From: an uncultured Chloroflexia bacterium
GTDB taxonomy: Bacteria > Chloroflexota > Limnocylindria > Limnocylindrales > CSP1-4
Length of the DNA stretch: 64,000 bases
Assembly (NCBI GenBank): GCA_963715295.1
Contig: CAVQRP010000006.1
Span: 155,585-219,584 of the forward strand
Direction of reading: 5' to 3'
Positions 45,600 to 57,543 of the stretch are shown one piece after another. The first letter of the stretch is position 1. Every line of letters starts with the position of its first letter. A program made the translations under genes and the position numbers. A model generated the notes under the pieces. It searched no databases. It saw only the letters and a list, made by a program, of their open reading frames with translations, and had not been told where the DNA came from.

Positions 45600-45840
45600 G
45601 GTTCGACTCCACTGGCGGATGGGGCAGCACGGGGACCGTTCCGAATCTAGCAGCCCGGGCCGCCTCGGCAGAGTGAGAGAGGCACGATGCCGATCGACGT
45701 GGCAGCCCGCGGCTGGAGGTGCGCAAACGTATGCAAGCGCAGCCCGGAGATTGGTATCGTAGGAGCCGACGAGTCGCGAACTCTCGGGCCGCATCCCGGA
45801 CCGGAGACAGTGCACACGGAGGAGGCTGGACCGGGGCCGC

Positions 45841-47404
45841 ATGACAGCGCTGCTCGAGCTTGAGGGCATCTCCAAGTCGTTCCCCGGCGTGAAGGCGCTC
45901 CAGGATGTGCACTTCGCGACGAGTGCGGGCGAGGTGCATGCGCTGGTGGGCGAGAACGGCGCCGGCAAGTCCACGCTCATCAAGGTCGTCTCCGGCGTGC
46001 ACAGGCCGGACGCCGGAATCATCCGCATGGACGGCCGGGAGGTCGTCTTCCACAGCCCGCATGAGGCACAGGCGGCCGGCATCGCCACGATGTACCAGGA
46101 GCTGAGCCTGTACCCCGAGCTTTCGGTGGCCGAGAACATGTTCATGGGCCACGCACCCATGCGCAAGGCCGGACGCATCCAGGTCGTCGACTGGAAGGCC
46201 ATGAACGATCGGGCCGAGGAGGTCCTGGCCTCGCTGAATATCCACGACATGGATGTCCGCCGCAAGGTCGGCACCATGAGCGTGGGCAACCGGCAGCGCG
46301 TCGAGATCGCCAAGGCCCTGTCCATCAACGCCAAGGTCCTGATCATGGATGAGCCCACGGCGGCGCTCACCGAATCGGACGTCGAGCAGCTCTTCGACAT
46401 CGTGCGCCTCCTCAAGGAGCGCGGCGTGGCCGTCATCTACATCAGCCACCGCCTGGTGGAGGTGTTCCAGCTGGCAGACAGGGTCACCGTGCTGCGCGAT
46501 GGCAAGTACGTCGATTCCAGGCCCGTGGCGGAGACGAACGAGGACGACCTCATCCGCATGATGGTCGGCCGCACCATCTCCGAGCTGTTCCCCAAGCTGC
46601 CCAGCGAGATCAGGGGTGACGTCCTGGAGGTGCGCGACCTGACCCGCCGGCCACAGCCGGAGGACGTCAGCTTCACGGTCCGGGGCGGGGAGATCGTGGG
46701 CATGGCCGGGCCTGGTCGGCTCCGGTCGCAGCGAGACGGCGCAGGTCATCTTCGGCATCCTGTCCGCCGACTCGGGCGAGATCCTGCTCGAGGGCCAGAA
46801 GGTCGACATCACGCTCACCCGGACAGGCCATGAAGCTGGGCATCGCCTACGTGCCGGAGGATCGCGGCACGCAGGGACTGGTGCGCGAGATGCGCATCCG
46901 CGAGAACATCTCCATGGCCATCCTGGGTTCCCTGACCCGCCTCGGGCTTCGTCGACCGCCGGGCCGAGCGCCGCATCGGCGAGGACATGATCGCTCAGCT
47001 CAACATCATCGCCACCAGCGGGGAGCAGGTCGTCAACAAGCTCTCCGGTGGCAACCAGCAGAAGGTCGTCGTCGGCAAGTGGCTGGCCAGCAAGCCCAAG
47101 CTGCTCATCGTGGATGAGCCCACGCGCGGCGTGGACGTGGGCGCCAAGGCGGAGATCCACCGCCTCATGAGCGAGCTGGCCCAGCAGGGCCTCGGCATCC
47201 TCATGATCTCCAGCGAGCTGCCCGAGGTGCTGGGCATGAGCGACCGCATCCTGGTCATGCGCCAGGGCCGCATCGTCGCCGAGTTCAGCCGCGCCGAGGC
47301 CACCCAGGAGAACGTGGGCGCCGCGATGATGCGCGACTCCGACGGCGGCACCGACGGCGCCAGCCCTGCGCCGAGGATCCGCCTGGCAGGGCAGCGCGGC
47401 GTGA
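45841..47404 (+). pseudogene. sugar ABC transporter ATP-binding protein, multiply frame-disrupted paralog of 39530-41128
   Basis: The first ABC domain is intact ([24 protein letters not shown]). The second domain is split over frames near 46705, 46825, 46950 and about 47340 (GLVGSGRSE.., [28 protein letters not shown]). Confidence 0.7.
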
Positions 47405-48424
47405 GCGCCGCGGGCGCCAGCCGCAGGCGCGCAGGGCAGCCGCGTCATCGGCACCGCCCGGCGGCTCCTGGGCACGCAGGAGGGCATCCTGCTCATCCTG
47501 CTCGTCGTCCTGTTCCTGGGCGTCGGGCTCTACAACCAGCGGTTCCTGGCCTGGAACAACGTCACGGACCTCTTCAGCGTCAACGCCTACATCGCCGTGG
47601 CGGCCATCGGCATGTCCATGGTCATCATCACCGGCAACATCGACATCTCGGTCGGGCTCGGCCATCGGCGTGCTGGTGACGCTGTCGGGCTACGTGGCCC
47701 TGGGGCTTGGCCGATGCCGGGTTGCCGCTGCCGCTGGTGAACCTGGTCGCCTGGGTCGTGCCCATCCTCGGGGGCATGCTCATCGGCGCCATCAACGGCT
47801 TCTTCGTGGCCTACCTGCAAGATCCCGGCCATCGTCGTGACGCTGGGCATGTTCAGCATCCTGAAGGGTGGCCTCATCCTGGTGGCCGGCGGCGATCACC
47901 GCTCTACGATCTGCCGCGCCGGCTACACCTTCGCCATGCAGGACTGGCTGGGCATCCCGTCGCCGGTCTGGATCATGGTCGCCCTGACCATCGTGGCCTT
48001 CCTGTGGATGCGCTACAGCCGCACCGGCCGCTCCCAGTACGCCGTCGGCGGCAACGCCGAGGCGGCGCGCCTGTCCGGTCTCGACACCCGTCGGATCCTG
48101 ATGACCACCTTCATCCTCGCCGGGCTCTTCGCCGGCATCGCCAGCGTCATGTTCGCGACCCAGTTCAACACCATCCAGGCCGTGGCCACGCCGGGCCTGG
48201 AGCTCCAGGTCATCACCGCCTCGGTGGTGGGCGGCGTCTCCATCCTGGGCGGCGTCGGGACCGTCATCGGCTCGACGCTGGCGGCCATCCTCATCCGCTT
48301 CATCGGCTCGGCGCTGGTCTTCGTCAACATCTCGCCGTTCTGGGTGAAGGCCATCCTCGGCGTGCTCATCCTCGTGACCGTGCTCGCCGACGTCGTGCGC
48401 CGCCGGCGCCAGGAACGGATGTAG
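47401..48424 (+). pseudogene. sugar ABC transporter permease, multiply frame-disrupted
   Basis: Permease segments ([74 protein letters not shown]...) occur in at least four different frames. The last ~195 aa are intact in ORF 47837..48424. Confidence 0.65.
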
Positions 48425-48436
48425 GGGGTAGCGACG

Positions 48437-49470
48437 ATGACGACTGCGACGCCCGCCCGGTCCGGCTCCCAGATCGCTCGGTCCGCCTGCAGGGCATCCT
48501 GCTGCGCCAGGAGACGATCCTCTTCTTCATCCTCATCGTGGGCGATGGTCCTGATGTCGTTCCAGTCGAGCGTGTTCCTGACGCCGGAGAACCTGCTCAA
48601 CCAGGGCCGCCTGGCCACCGAGATCGCGCTCATCGCGCTGCCCATGACGCTGATCATCATCACCGGCGGCATCGACCTCTCGGTCGGCTCGATCATGGGC
48701 CTCACGCGCCATCATGCTCGGCGTCGCCTGGCAGAACTGGGGCCTGCCGCTCGAGCTGGCCATCGTGGTGGCGCTGCTCGTCGGCACCGCTTGCGGCCTC
48801 TTCAACGGCCTCTTCATCACCCGCGTGGGCCTGCCGCCGCTCATCACGACGCTGGCCACGCTGGCGCTCTTCCGAGGACTCGCGGAGGGCATCGCCCAGG
48901 CGCGCTCGGTGCGCGGCTACCCGGAGTGGTTCTACATCCTGGGGCAGGAGAACTTCCTCGGCGACGCCGACGGCCTTCCCCAACCAGCTCTTCCTGGTGG
49001 TCATCGCCATCATCGCCATCGGCGCCGCCCTGGCCTGGACGCCCTTCGGCCGATCGCTCTACGCCATCGGCAACAACGAGACCGGGGCACGCTTCAGCGG
49101 CATGCCGGTGCTCCGCAACAAGCTCATCATCTACACGCTGTCGGGCTTCATGTCCGGCCTGGCCGGCTGGGTCTTCGTCTCGCGTGTCAGCACGACCCGC
49201 TCGGACATGGGCAACGGCTTCGAGCTCACCGCCATCACCGCGGTCGTCGTCGGCGGCACCAGCATCTTCGGCGGCAGCGGCACGATCATCGGGACCGTGC
49301 TCGGCCTGGCGCTCATCCAGCTCATGAAGAACGGCCTGGCGCTTTCCGGCGCCAAGGGCGACTCCACGACCATCGTGGTGGGCGTCGTGCTCATCCTGGC
49401 CGTGCTCGTCAACGCGCTCATCCAGAACCCGCCGGAGCAGCTGAAGAGGCTTCTCCCCGGACGACGCTAG
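48437..49470 (+). pseudogene. sugar ABC transporter permease (second), multiply frame-disrupted
   Basis: Segments are distributed over ORFs 48437, 48714 and 47707 (FLTPENLLNQGRLATEIALIALPMTLIIITGGIDLSVGSIMGL / LFNGLFITRVGLPPLITTLATLALFRG / GRSLYAIGNNETGARFSGMPV...). Confidence 0.65.
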
Positions 49471-49585
49471 GGCTACCATGCCCAACGAGAGGAGGTGACA
49501 CGGACTCCCCAGTCACATGTAGGTCGGTCCTCAGGGACCAGTACGGATACCAGCTCGGATGACACGAGGAGATGGACTGAGCAAC

Positions 49586-50717
49586 ATGCGCAAGACTGAT
49601 CGTTCGTACTCACCACGATCACCCTGGCCCTTGGGTCGGTCGCGTCGGCGACCGCGCAGGACCGCTGGGACGGCGGCGACGACCTGCCGACCAACCCGCT
49701 GCGCGTGCTGGCATCGGATGAGCCCGAGCCCATGACCGGCGAGATGCCGGCCTATGACGGCGGCCAGCCGATCGAACCCGCCCGACCTGGCCGGCCAGCC
49801 GATCACCCTCGTCGACATCCCCAAGCTCATCGGCATCGGCTACTTCAACGCCACTGCCCAGGGCATGCAGCAGGCAGCCGCAGAGCTCGGCAACGTCGAC
49901 GGTCATCAACGACGGCCCGACCAGCGCCAACATCGACGAGCAGATCACGCTTCATCGACAACTACATCACCCAGGGCGTGGACGGCGTCCTCTTCGCCGC
50001 CAACGACCCGGTGGCCATCGGCCCGGTCCTGACCAAGGCGCCTCGAGGCCGGCATCCATGTCGTCGGCTACGACGCCAACTCCGAGCCCGAGGCCCGCGA
50101 GTGGTTCGTCAACCAGGCCGAGTTCAACGGCATCGCCAAGGCCATGATCGACAGCCTCGTCGCCGAGCAGGGCGAGGACGCCTCCTTCGGCATCGTCACC
50201 AGCACCTTCACCACGCCCAACCAGGCGCGCTGGATCGCCGAGATGGAGGCCTATGCCGCGAAGTGCTATCCCGAACCTGACCTGGCTCGAGACCCTCGAG
50301 GCCCAGGAGGATGCGCCGCTGTCCTTCAGCCAGGCCCAGACGCTGCTCAACAAGTACGGCGACGGCATCCAGGGCATCCTCGGCATGACCAGCGTGGCCA
50401 CCCCGGCCGCGGCTGACGCCGTCACCCAGGCCGGTGCCTGTGGCTAGGTCGCGGTCGTCGGCCTGGCTACCCCGAACGCGATGAAGCCGTTCGTCAACGA
50501 CGGCTGCGTCAAGTCGGTCGTGCTGTGGAACCCGATCGACCTGGGCTACGCCGCCGTGTACGTCACTCGCGCCGTCGTGGACGGCGAGTTCGCTCCTGGC
50601 GATACCTCCGTGATGGCCGGTCGCCTTGGCGAGCTGCAGGTCGTCAACGGCAGCGAAGTGCTGCTTGGCCCACCCTTCATCTACACGGCTGAGAACATCA
50701 ACGACTTCGACTTCTAG
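49586..50717 (+). pseudogene. sugar ABC substrate-binding protein, frame-disrupted and carrying an in-frame stop
   Basis: ATG at 49586. Recognisable pieces lie in several frames (LTTITLALGSVASATAQD, PITLVDIPKLIGIGYFNA, IDNYITQGVDGVLFAANDP, GIHVVGYDAN, WNPIDLGYAAVY). TAG at 50445-50447 interrupts ...QAGACG*VAVVG... Confidence 0.65.
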
Positions 50718-50772
50718 ATCGTGATGCAGGCTCCGCGCCAGCCGACGGGGGCCTGAGCACTCGGAAGCTCAG

Positions 50773-50804
50773 AACGGCGGAGTGCCTCAAGGCACCCCGC
50801 CGTT
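50773..50804 (+). terminator. stem-loop downstream of the decayed ABC operon
   Basis: AACGGCGG-a-GTGCC-tcaa-GGCAC-c-CCGCCGTT. No strong T-tract follows. Confidence 0.45.
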
Positions 50805-51317
50805 GCGTATCCAGCGGCCGACCGGGGCAGCGGCACGACCGGGGCAGCGGCATGACCGGGCGAGATCCGCCGTGTCAGGTGACCTGCCCGTCGGTTCCTG
50901 TCACCCAGTCCTGGGGGGACTGGTAGGCAGGGTCAGGCCGGGCTTGCCTGCGTCAGGCGCGCCGCGATCCAGGCTGGCAGGTCGTCTCCACGCTCGCGCC
51001 GAGCGCCCACGAGCCTGTCCCCGGCTACGTCGTGGCTTCGGGGGCGCCACCATTCCGTCTACCAGTCCTCCGGTGCATAGGTGACGGGAACTGGCCGGCA
51101 TCGCGCCAGCTCGATGCGGTCTGGCATCGCGCCAGCGTGGCTGGGATGAGGCCATCGAGGCATGGTCGGACGGCCGAGGCGAGGCACGGCGGGAGGCGGG
51201 TCGAGCCGCGCCGATCGGGATGGCCGACAAGGCCGCGCCGATTCAGGATGGCCGACAAGGCCGAGACGCGCCGGGCAGTCTGGTGCGCCGAGGCGAGTGC
51301 TCCTGCGCCAGCGCGGA

Positions 51318-52198
51318 TCAGCCCTTCGCCGCAGCGGCGGCGGCCGCGATCGCCATCTGCTCGCCGATGTAGCGGCGTGCCTGGACCGCGAGGTCCATGC
51401 TGTCGTCCCACATGTTGCGCCAGATGCGCAGGGTCGTGGTCAGAAGCTCATCGACCACCTTGGAGCTGAACGACTCGAAGGTGATGACGCCCTCGTAGTC
51501 GACATCCGCAAGGGCCTGGAAGAGCTCGGGGAAGTTGACGTGTCCCTGGCCCAGGTAGCCGCGGTGGTTCTCGCCGATGTGGACGTAGCCGAGCAGGTCG
51601 CCCGCGTCGAAGACCGGGTCGCGGAAGTTGGCTTCCTCGATGTTCATGTGGTACGAGTCGAGGTGCACGACGAGGTTGTCCGAGCCGATCTCACGGATGT
51701 ACTCGACCGTCTGGGCCGACGTATTGAGCAGGTTCGACTCGTAGCGGTTGACGAACTCGAGGCCGACGCTGATGCCCGAGGCCTTGGCGTTGTCGGCGAG
51801 CCGGGCGATGACGGCCTGGCTGTTGGCGCGGCTCCTGGCCGTGGACGGGTGCGTGTAGGGCCCGAGGGCGCTGAAGATGACGCCGCCGAGGTAGGTGGCG
51901 CCGATATCGCGCGCCATCGAGAGGGCATCGTTGAGCGTCTGCTCGCCGCGGGCCACGCTGTCGGGGTCCTCGCTGTTGATGTCGTTGTCGAAGCCCAGGC
52001 CCAGCGAGCACGTGGCCTCCGACGCCGTGCGCCTCGAGCGCGCGCTGGATGGCGGCGATGTCCATCGAGGCAGGCTCGAAGGCGGGGAACTCGATGAGGT
52101 CGTAGCCGGCCTCTGCGGTGCTGGCGACGGCATAGTCGCACTGCCTGGCTGTCCCAGCTGCCCGACCATACCAGCCCGTGGACCCCGATCTTGTTCAT
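51318..52198 (-). pseudogene. xylose-isomerase-like TIM-barrel sugar isomerase/epimerase (ketose 3-epimerase-like), frame-disrupted
   Basis: N-terminal MNKIGVHGLVW (ATG at 52198), a middle part (MDIAAIQRALEAHGV) and the long C-terminal part (LGLGFDNDINS...GLEFVNRYESNLLNT...HLDSYHMNIEE...HIGENHRG) lie in three frames. Confidence 0.6.
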
Positions 52199-52273
52199 CG
52201 ATCTGCTCCTTCCCCTCCGGGCCCCGCGTCGCGGAGCCATGACTCCTTGATGGTACGCCCGGGGCGCGCCGCG

Positions 52274-53752
52274 TCAGCGTGCCGCGAGCATGGCCGCGAA
52301 TCGCGCCCGACCCTCGGACCAGTCGCCCGTGGGCTCGTAGGTGCTTGTCGGGAAGGACCGCGCGATGAGCTCGCGTGCCTGGTCGATGCCGGTCAGCTCG
52401 CCGGCGCTGATGGCCTGGATGGCGATGTTGCCGATGGCGGTGGCCTCCACGGGGCCGGCCACGACCTCGCGCCCGCTGACGTCCGCGGTCAGCTGGCAGA
52501 GCAGCGCGTGGTTGACGCCACCGCCCACGATGTGGATCTGCTCGATGGCCTGGCCGGTGCTGCTCGCGAGCTCATCGAAGACGGCGGTGTACTTCAGGGC
52601 CAACGACTCGAGGATGACTCGCAGCAGCGTGGGCGTATCGGCCGGGACAGGCTGGCCGGTCTCGGCGCAGAACTCGCGGATGCGAGCCGGCATGTCCCCC
52701 GGCCACAGGAAGCGCTGGTCGGTCGGATCGATGAAGGCGGTCCCCGACGGAGCCTCCGTCGCCATCGTCGAGAGCTCCTCGTAGGATGGTCGCCGATCCG
52801 GGTCCCACAGCGCGCTGCGGCACTGCTGGATGAGCCACATGCCCATGACGTTCTTGAGCAGCGTGATGGTGTCGCCGTAGCCGCCCTCGTTGGTGATGTT
52901 GGCCGCCAGCGTGCGCTCGTCGATCACGGGCTCTGGCACCTCCAGCCCCACCAGCGACCACGTGCCCGACGAGATGTACGCCGTGGAGGACCCGGCCAGC
53001 GGCGTCCCGGCCACGGCCGAGGCGGTGTCATGGGCGGCCGTGGCCACGACCCTGGTCCCGGACAACCCGGTCTGTGCGGCGACCTCCGGCAGCAGCTCGC
53101 CCAGCACGGTCCCGGGCGGCACCACCTCGGGCAGGAAGTGGGTGGGGATGCCCAGGCGCTCGAACAGCGGCCGTGCCCAGTCGCGGGTCCAGGGATCCAG
53201 GCACTGGCTGGTGGTGGCCTCGGTGTATTCGGCCACGACGCTGCCGCTGAGGAAGTGGTTGAAGAGGTCCGGCATCATCAGCAGCCGCTCTGCCTGGTCC
53301 AGGATGGGGTCGTTGGAGCGAGCCTCGCTCAGCAACTGGAAGAGCGTGTTGATGGACATGATCTGGATGCCCGTGGCGGCGTAGATCTCCGCCTTCGGGA
53401 CGATCTGGAAGGCGATCTCGGGCAGGCCCTCATGGCGAGCGTCGCGGTAGTGGACGGGGTTGGCCAGGAGGCGGCCGCGCGCATCGATGAAGCCGTAGTC
53501 CACGCCCCAGGTATCGACCGCGACCGAGGCCACCGGCCCGTCCACGGCCGCCCGCTGCAGTCCGGCGAGGAGATCCCCGAACTGGCGCGGGAAGTCCCAG
53601 TAGAGCGTGCCCGCCATGCGCACCGGGGTGTTGGGGTAGCGATGGACCGGCTCGATGGAAAGCTGGTCACCGTCGAAGCGCCCCACGATGGTCCGGCCGC
53701 TCTCGGCGCCGAAGTCGAGGGCGACGTAGCGAAGGCCGCGGCGCTCAGGCAT
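52274..53752 (-). CDS. rhaB: rhamnulokinase (FGGY carbohydrate kinase family)
   Basis: 492 aa with VALDFGAESGR, DTWGVDYG, NTLFQL and HIVGGG motifs. Its neighbour is the bifunctional aldolase/SDR gene. Confidence 0.8.
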   Translation of the reverse strand: MPERRGLRYVALDFGAESGRTIVGRFDGDQLSIEPVHRYPNTPVRMAGTLYWDFPRQFGDLLAGLQRAAVDGPVASVAVDTWGVDYGFIDARGRLLANPVHYRDARHEGLPEIAFQIVPKAEIYAATGIQIMSINTLFQLLSEARSNDPILDQAERLLMMPDLFNHFLSGSVVAEYTEATTSQCLDPWTRDWARPLFERLGIPTHFLPEVVPPGTVLGELLPEVAAQTGLSGTRVVATAAHDTASAVAGTPLAGSSTAYISSGTWSLVGLEVPEPVIDERTLAANITNEGGYGDTITLLKNVMGMWLIQQCRSALWDPDRRPSYEELSTMATEAPSGTAFIDPTDQRFLWPGDMPARIREFCAETGQPVPADTPTLLRVILESLALKYTAVFDELASSTGQAIEQIHIVGGGVNHALLCQLTADVSGREVVAGPVEATAIGNIAIQAISAGELTGIDQARELIARSFPTSTYEPTGDWSEGRARFAAMLAAR

Positions 53753-55467
53753 CGGTACCCTCCGGCTCGCCCTTCGTGCCCCCGGCAGCCGCCAGCAGCG
53801 CCTCCTCGGCCGCCCGGCCCCAGTGGCCGTCCTCCATCGCCGCTGCGACGTCCGGGAAGTGCTCCGCCATCACGCTCGAGCGGGATGAGCCCCATCGTCG
53901 TCAGCTGTGGGTAGATGACGATCTTGCCGGAGGTCGTGCGTGCCTTGACGGCCTCCAGTGCCTCGATGACGCCTTCCAGGCCGGACACCGCGTAGACGCT
54001 GATATCGCTGTCCAGCTGGCCGGACTCCAGCCGCTTCACGACGGTCTGCATGTCCGGGATGATCGAGCCGCTCGTCCCGAACAGGAAGATCCGCCTGGCG
54101 AGGAGTGCATCCACGTCGACAGGGACGCGCGTCCCCACGGCGAACCCGGCGAAGAGGTCGATGACTGCGCCGTTGGCCGCCGCCGCCATCGCCGCCGCCA
54201 CGACGGCCGGGATGGGCACCATCACCCCGATGTGGCTGAAGCCGGAGCCGGGATCGGCGGAGTTGCTGTCGATGGTCCTGAGGTCCACGCCACGGGCCTC
54301 TGCGAGCGGAGCAGCCACGGATGCGAGGTGCTCCAGGCGCGCGACATCGATGTCTGCGGCCACGACGGAGAGGTCCCGCCGGCCCGTCGTCAGGGCGCGG
54401 ATGACGTGCATGAAGCCCATCGGCCCGGCGGCGCCGATGACCAGGACCCGGTCGCCGTCGCGCAGCTCGGTACTCGTCGGCGCCCAGGCATAGCCGTCGG
54501 CCGCGGACGAGCCTGGTGTGCCCACCCAGCGCACGAGGTCGTAGTGGATGCGCCCGACGTCGATCTCGACGGCACCGCCCAGCCGTTCGCCCCCGAGCAC
54601 GACATCGAGGATGCCCTGGTAGGCCAGGAGCGCCTGGAGTCGCTCGAGGTGGGCACCGTCCGCACCGAAGTAGATGATGTCGTCGAAGGCCAGGGCTGGC
54701 AGGCTCCCCGTCTCCGCGATGACGTCCGCTCTGAGGCCCGCCGCCTCGGCGATCGTGCGGAGCACGGCGGCCTGGGTGGGATCCTCGACGACGACGGTCA
54801 GGGACGCCGGGACGGCCGTCTTCAGCAGCGTGTCCAGGCCGTCGATGACATGGCCGGCTTCGACCACGACCAGCAGCGATCCGCCGGGCTGCAGGGTGTC
54901 GCGCTCGGCCGAGGCGTAGGCGCGCTCGACGCAGGCCCACGGTTCCAGGAGCGCCACGGACGACGCACTGGGCTCCTCCGACACCGGGATGAGGAAGCGC
55001 TCCCCGGTGCCGGGCTCGATGATCATGCGCTCGTCCATGACCACGTATTCCTGCAGCCCGCCTTCGAAGTCGTAGCCGAAGGCGGCATTGGCCTGGTCGG
55101 TCATGAGGGTGCGGTAGTCGGTCTGGACGAGGACGCGTTCACCGACGCGATGTCGCCTGACCTCGCTGCCGACGGCGACGATGCGGGCACAGGTCTCGTG
55201 GCCCGGGACCGTGGGCTGCTCGCCGGGCACGTAGTTGGGCATCTCGGCCAGGACGGCCTGGTCGATGCCGGTGATGACGGCACCCTTGCGTGGATGGCTC
55301 GTCCAGGCGTGCAGGAGCTTCGTATCACTGAAGCAGATCCCGACCGCCTCGACCCGCGCCAGCACCTGCGTGGGGCCCATCGGGCCGACCGGCTTGGAGC
55401 GGTTGAGGCGGACCTCGTCGGGGCCAACGAACTGGATGGCGTGCTGGGTCTCCGGGATCCGTGTCAT
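53745..55467 (-). pseudogene. extended zinc-type alcohol dehydrogenase (MDR) family protein, about 570 aa, one frame disruption near the 3' end
   Basis: N-terminal VEAVGICFSDTKL...PGHE... and a second nucleotide-binding-like region VLVIGAAGPMGFMHV. After about 53870 another frame reads VMAEHFPDVAAAMEDGHW...GTDA*, and its TGA lies in a 5'-ATGCCTGA-3' (minus-strand) 8-nt overlap with the rhaB ATG. Confidence 0.6.
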
Positions 55468-57543
55468 GACAGCATCACCTGGCCTCCCGTGACCGGCAGG
55501 GCCTGGCCGGTCTCATACTGCTGCGCCACGAGGTAGAAGATGGCCTCCAGCACGTCAGCCGGGGTGCAGCCCCGGCCCATCGGCACCTTGGCCTCGTAGG
55601 CGTGGCGGACGTCCGCCACGGACCGGGCCCCGGGGACCTTGCCCTCGCGCAGGTACTGGACGAAGAGGCCGTTCTCGGGGTCCGACCACAACGGACCCTC
55701 GAAGTAGTTGCCGGGGCAGATGGCGTTGACCTTGATGCCGTCCTCGATGAGCTCAAGCGCGAACGACTGTGTCAGGCCGATGCCGCCGAACTTGCGAACC
55801 GGCGTAGGCGAAGTTGCGCTTCGAGCCCACCAGGCCCGACTTGGAGTTGATCTCGATGATGTCGGCACGATAGTCCGGCCTGGCGGCGTGCTGGCGCGCC
55901 ATGACCGGTGCCACGGCGCGGACCGCCAGGTAGTAGCCGCGGTAGTTGACCTGCGTGACGAGGTCGAACTCCGTCACCGTCTGGGTGCTGATGGAACCAG
56001 CTTTCAGGATGCCGGCGTTGGAGACCAGCAGGTCCAGCCCGCCGTATCGCTCCACCGCCGCCTGCACGCCCGCGCGGACGGAGGTCTCGTCGGTGACGTC
56101 CATGGCGACGGACCAGGCACGTCCGCGGCCGTGATTCGCCTCCAGCTCCGCTGCCCGGGTGGCTGCCAGCTCCGCATTGAGATCGGCCAGCACCACGTGA
56201 CCGCCGTCGGCCACGAGACCGCGCGCGATCTCCAGTCCGAAGCCCTGGGCGGCCCCGGTCACCAGCGCGATGCGCCCCCCGAACCGTCCCCGGTCACGGC
56301 TGAACGCGGCGGCATTGCGGCGGTAGGCCTCCACTTCCCAGGTCTCGATGAAGGTGCGCTCCTCATCGGAGAGGGCCCGAAAGTGGCCGAGGGCATCCGC
56401 CCCTTCGTAGACGCGCAGGGAATCGAGGTAGATGTGCTGCGCCGTGTCTGCCTCCTTCCAGGTCTCGCCCGTGGCGAAGATCCCCAGGCCGGGCACGACC
56501 GTGATGACCGGTGCTACGCCTCGCTCCGAGATGAGTGCATCGAGGTCCTGGCGCAGCAACTGGGGCACTTCTTCAGGCGTGGCGTCGCGCGGTGGATCGA
56601 AGAGCAGCGGGAAGGAGCCCGCGTAGACGATCTGGTCGGGCGTCATCGGCCCGCCCGCGACGGCAGCACGGCCTGCGTCGGACTCGAGATACTCGGCGGC
56701 GCGAGGCGCCGGATCGTACGCCACGACCCTGGGTGCTCCCGCTCCGGCCAGCAGCGCGCGCAGCGTGGGCGCGATGGTCGCGACCAGGCCGCTGGCCGCC
56801 TCGGCAGCCCCGGCGACCCGGCTGGGCGTCCGGCTGGGACTATCGACGGCGATGCCGAACCGTCCCAGCTCAGCGCTGACGGTGGCCATGACGTGCTCAC
56901 AGAGCCGGGCTACCTCAGCGGTCGTATCGGCCGAGACGATGATGCCGTGGTTGCCCATGAGCGTGATGCGCGGTGCCGGTTTGCCGGTGCGCTCCTCGAA
57001 CGCCGTCCGCAGTTGGTGGATGGTGCGCGCCAGCGGCAGTCCCGGATCGGTGTAGGGCACCCAGAGGGCGTCATCCCCGAAGATGCGCGCTGCGATGGCC
57101 TCGCCGTCCCGGTTGCAGGTCACGGCGTTGGGCACGATGGGGTGGGTGTGGAGTACGTAGCGCTCGGGCAGGAGCGAGTGGAACATCAGCTCCACCGAGG
57201 GGCGGCGGCCCTTGGCCTCGGCCAGGCGGACCTTGGCTGCGGCGCGCATGACCGGATCGGGCGCGTCCGGCAAGCGTGCCTCATCCGCTTCGTCACCGCC
57301 CTCGAGCAGCAGATCCAGCAGCGGGCCGGTGGCCAGGGGCACCAGGTCCTCGGCCTCCAGCGTGGCCAGGGGCACGCCGCTGGGCTTGATGTAGACCACG
57401 CCCCCGGCCTTGACGGAGGAGTTGCCCCCGCCACCGCGGGAGTACTCCGGATCGCGGCCGAAGCGCTGGGATAGGTCGATGACCCCGCGGATGAGCTCAT
57501 CATCCGGCTCGAGAAGAGGCGGAGTGGTGGTCGGGTCGGTCAT
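55464..57543 (-). pseudogene. bifunctional rhamnulose-1-phosphate aldolase / short-chain dehydrogenase (RhaEW-like), one frame disruption
   Basis: Start MTDPTTTPP (ATG at 57543). The class II aldolase-like N-terminal half and SDR TGAAQGFG are in ORF 55753..57657. The SDR C-terminus (FGGIGLTQSFALE...NAICPG...PVTGGQVM) is in ORF 55464..55868. The frame change is near 55800. Confidence 0.7.
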
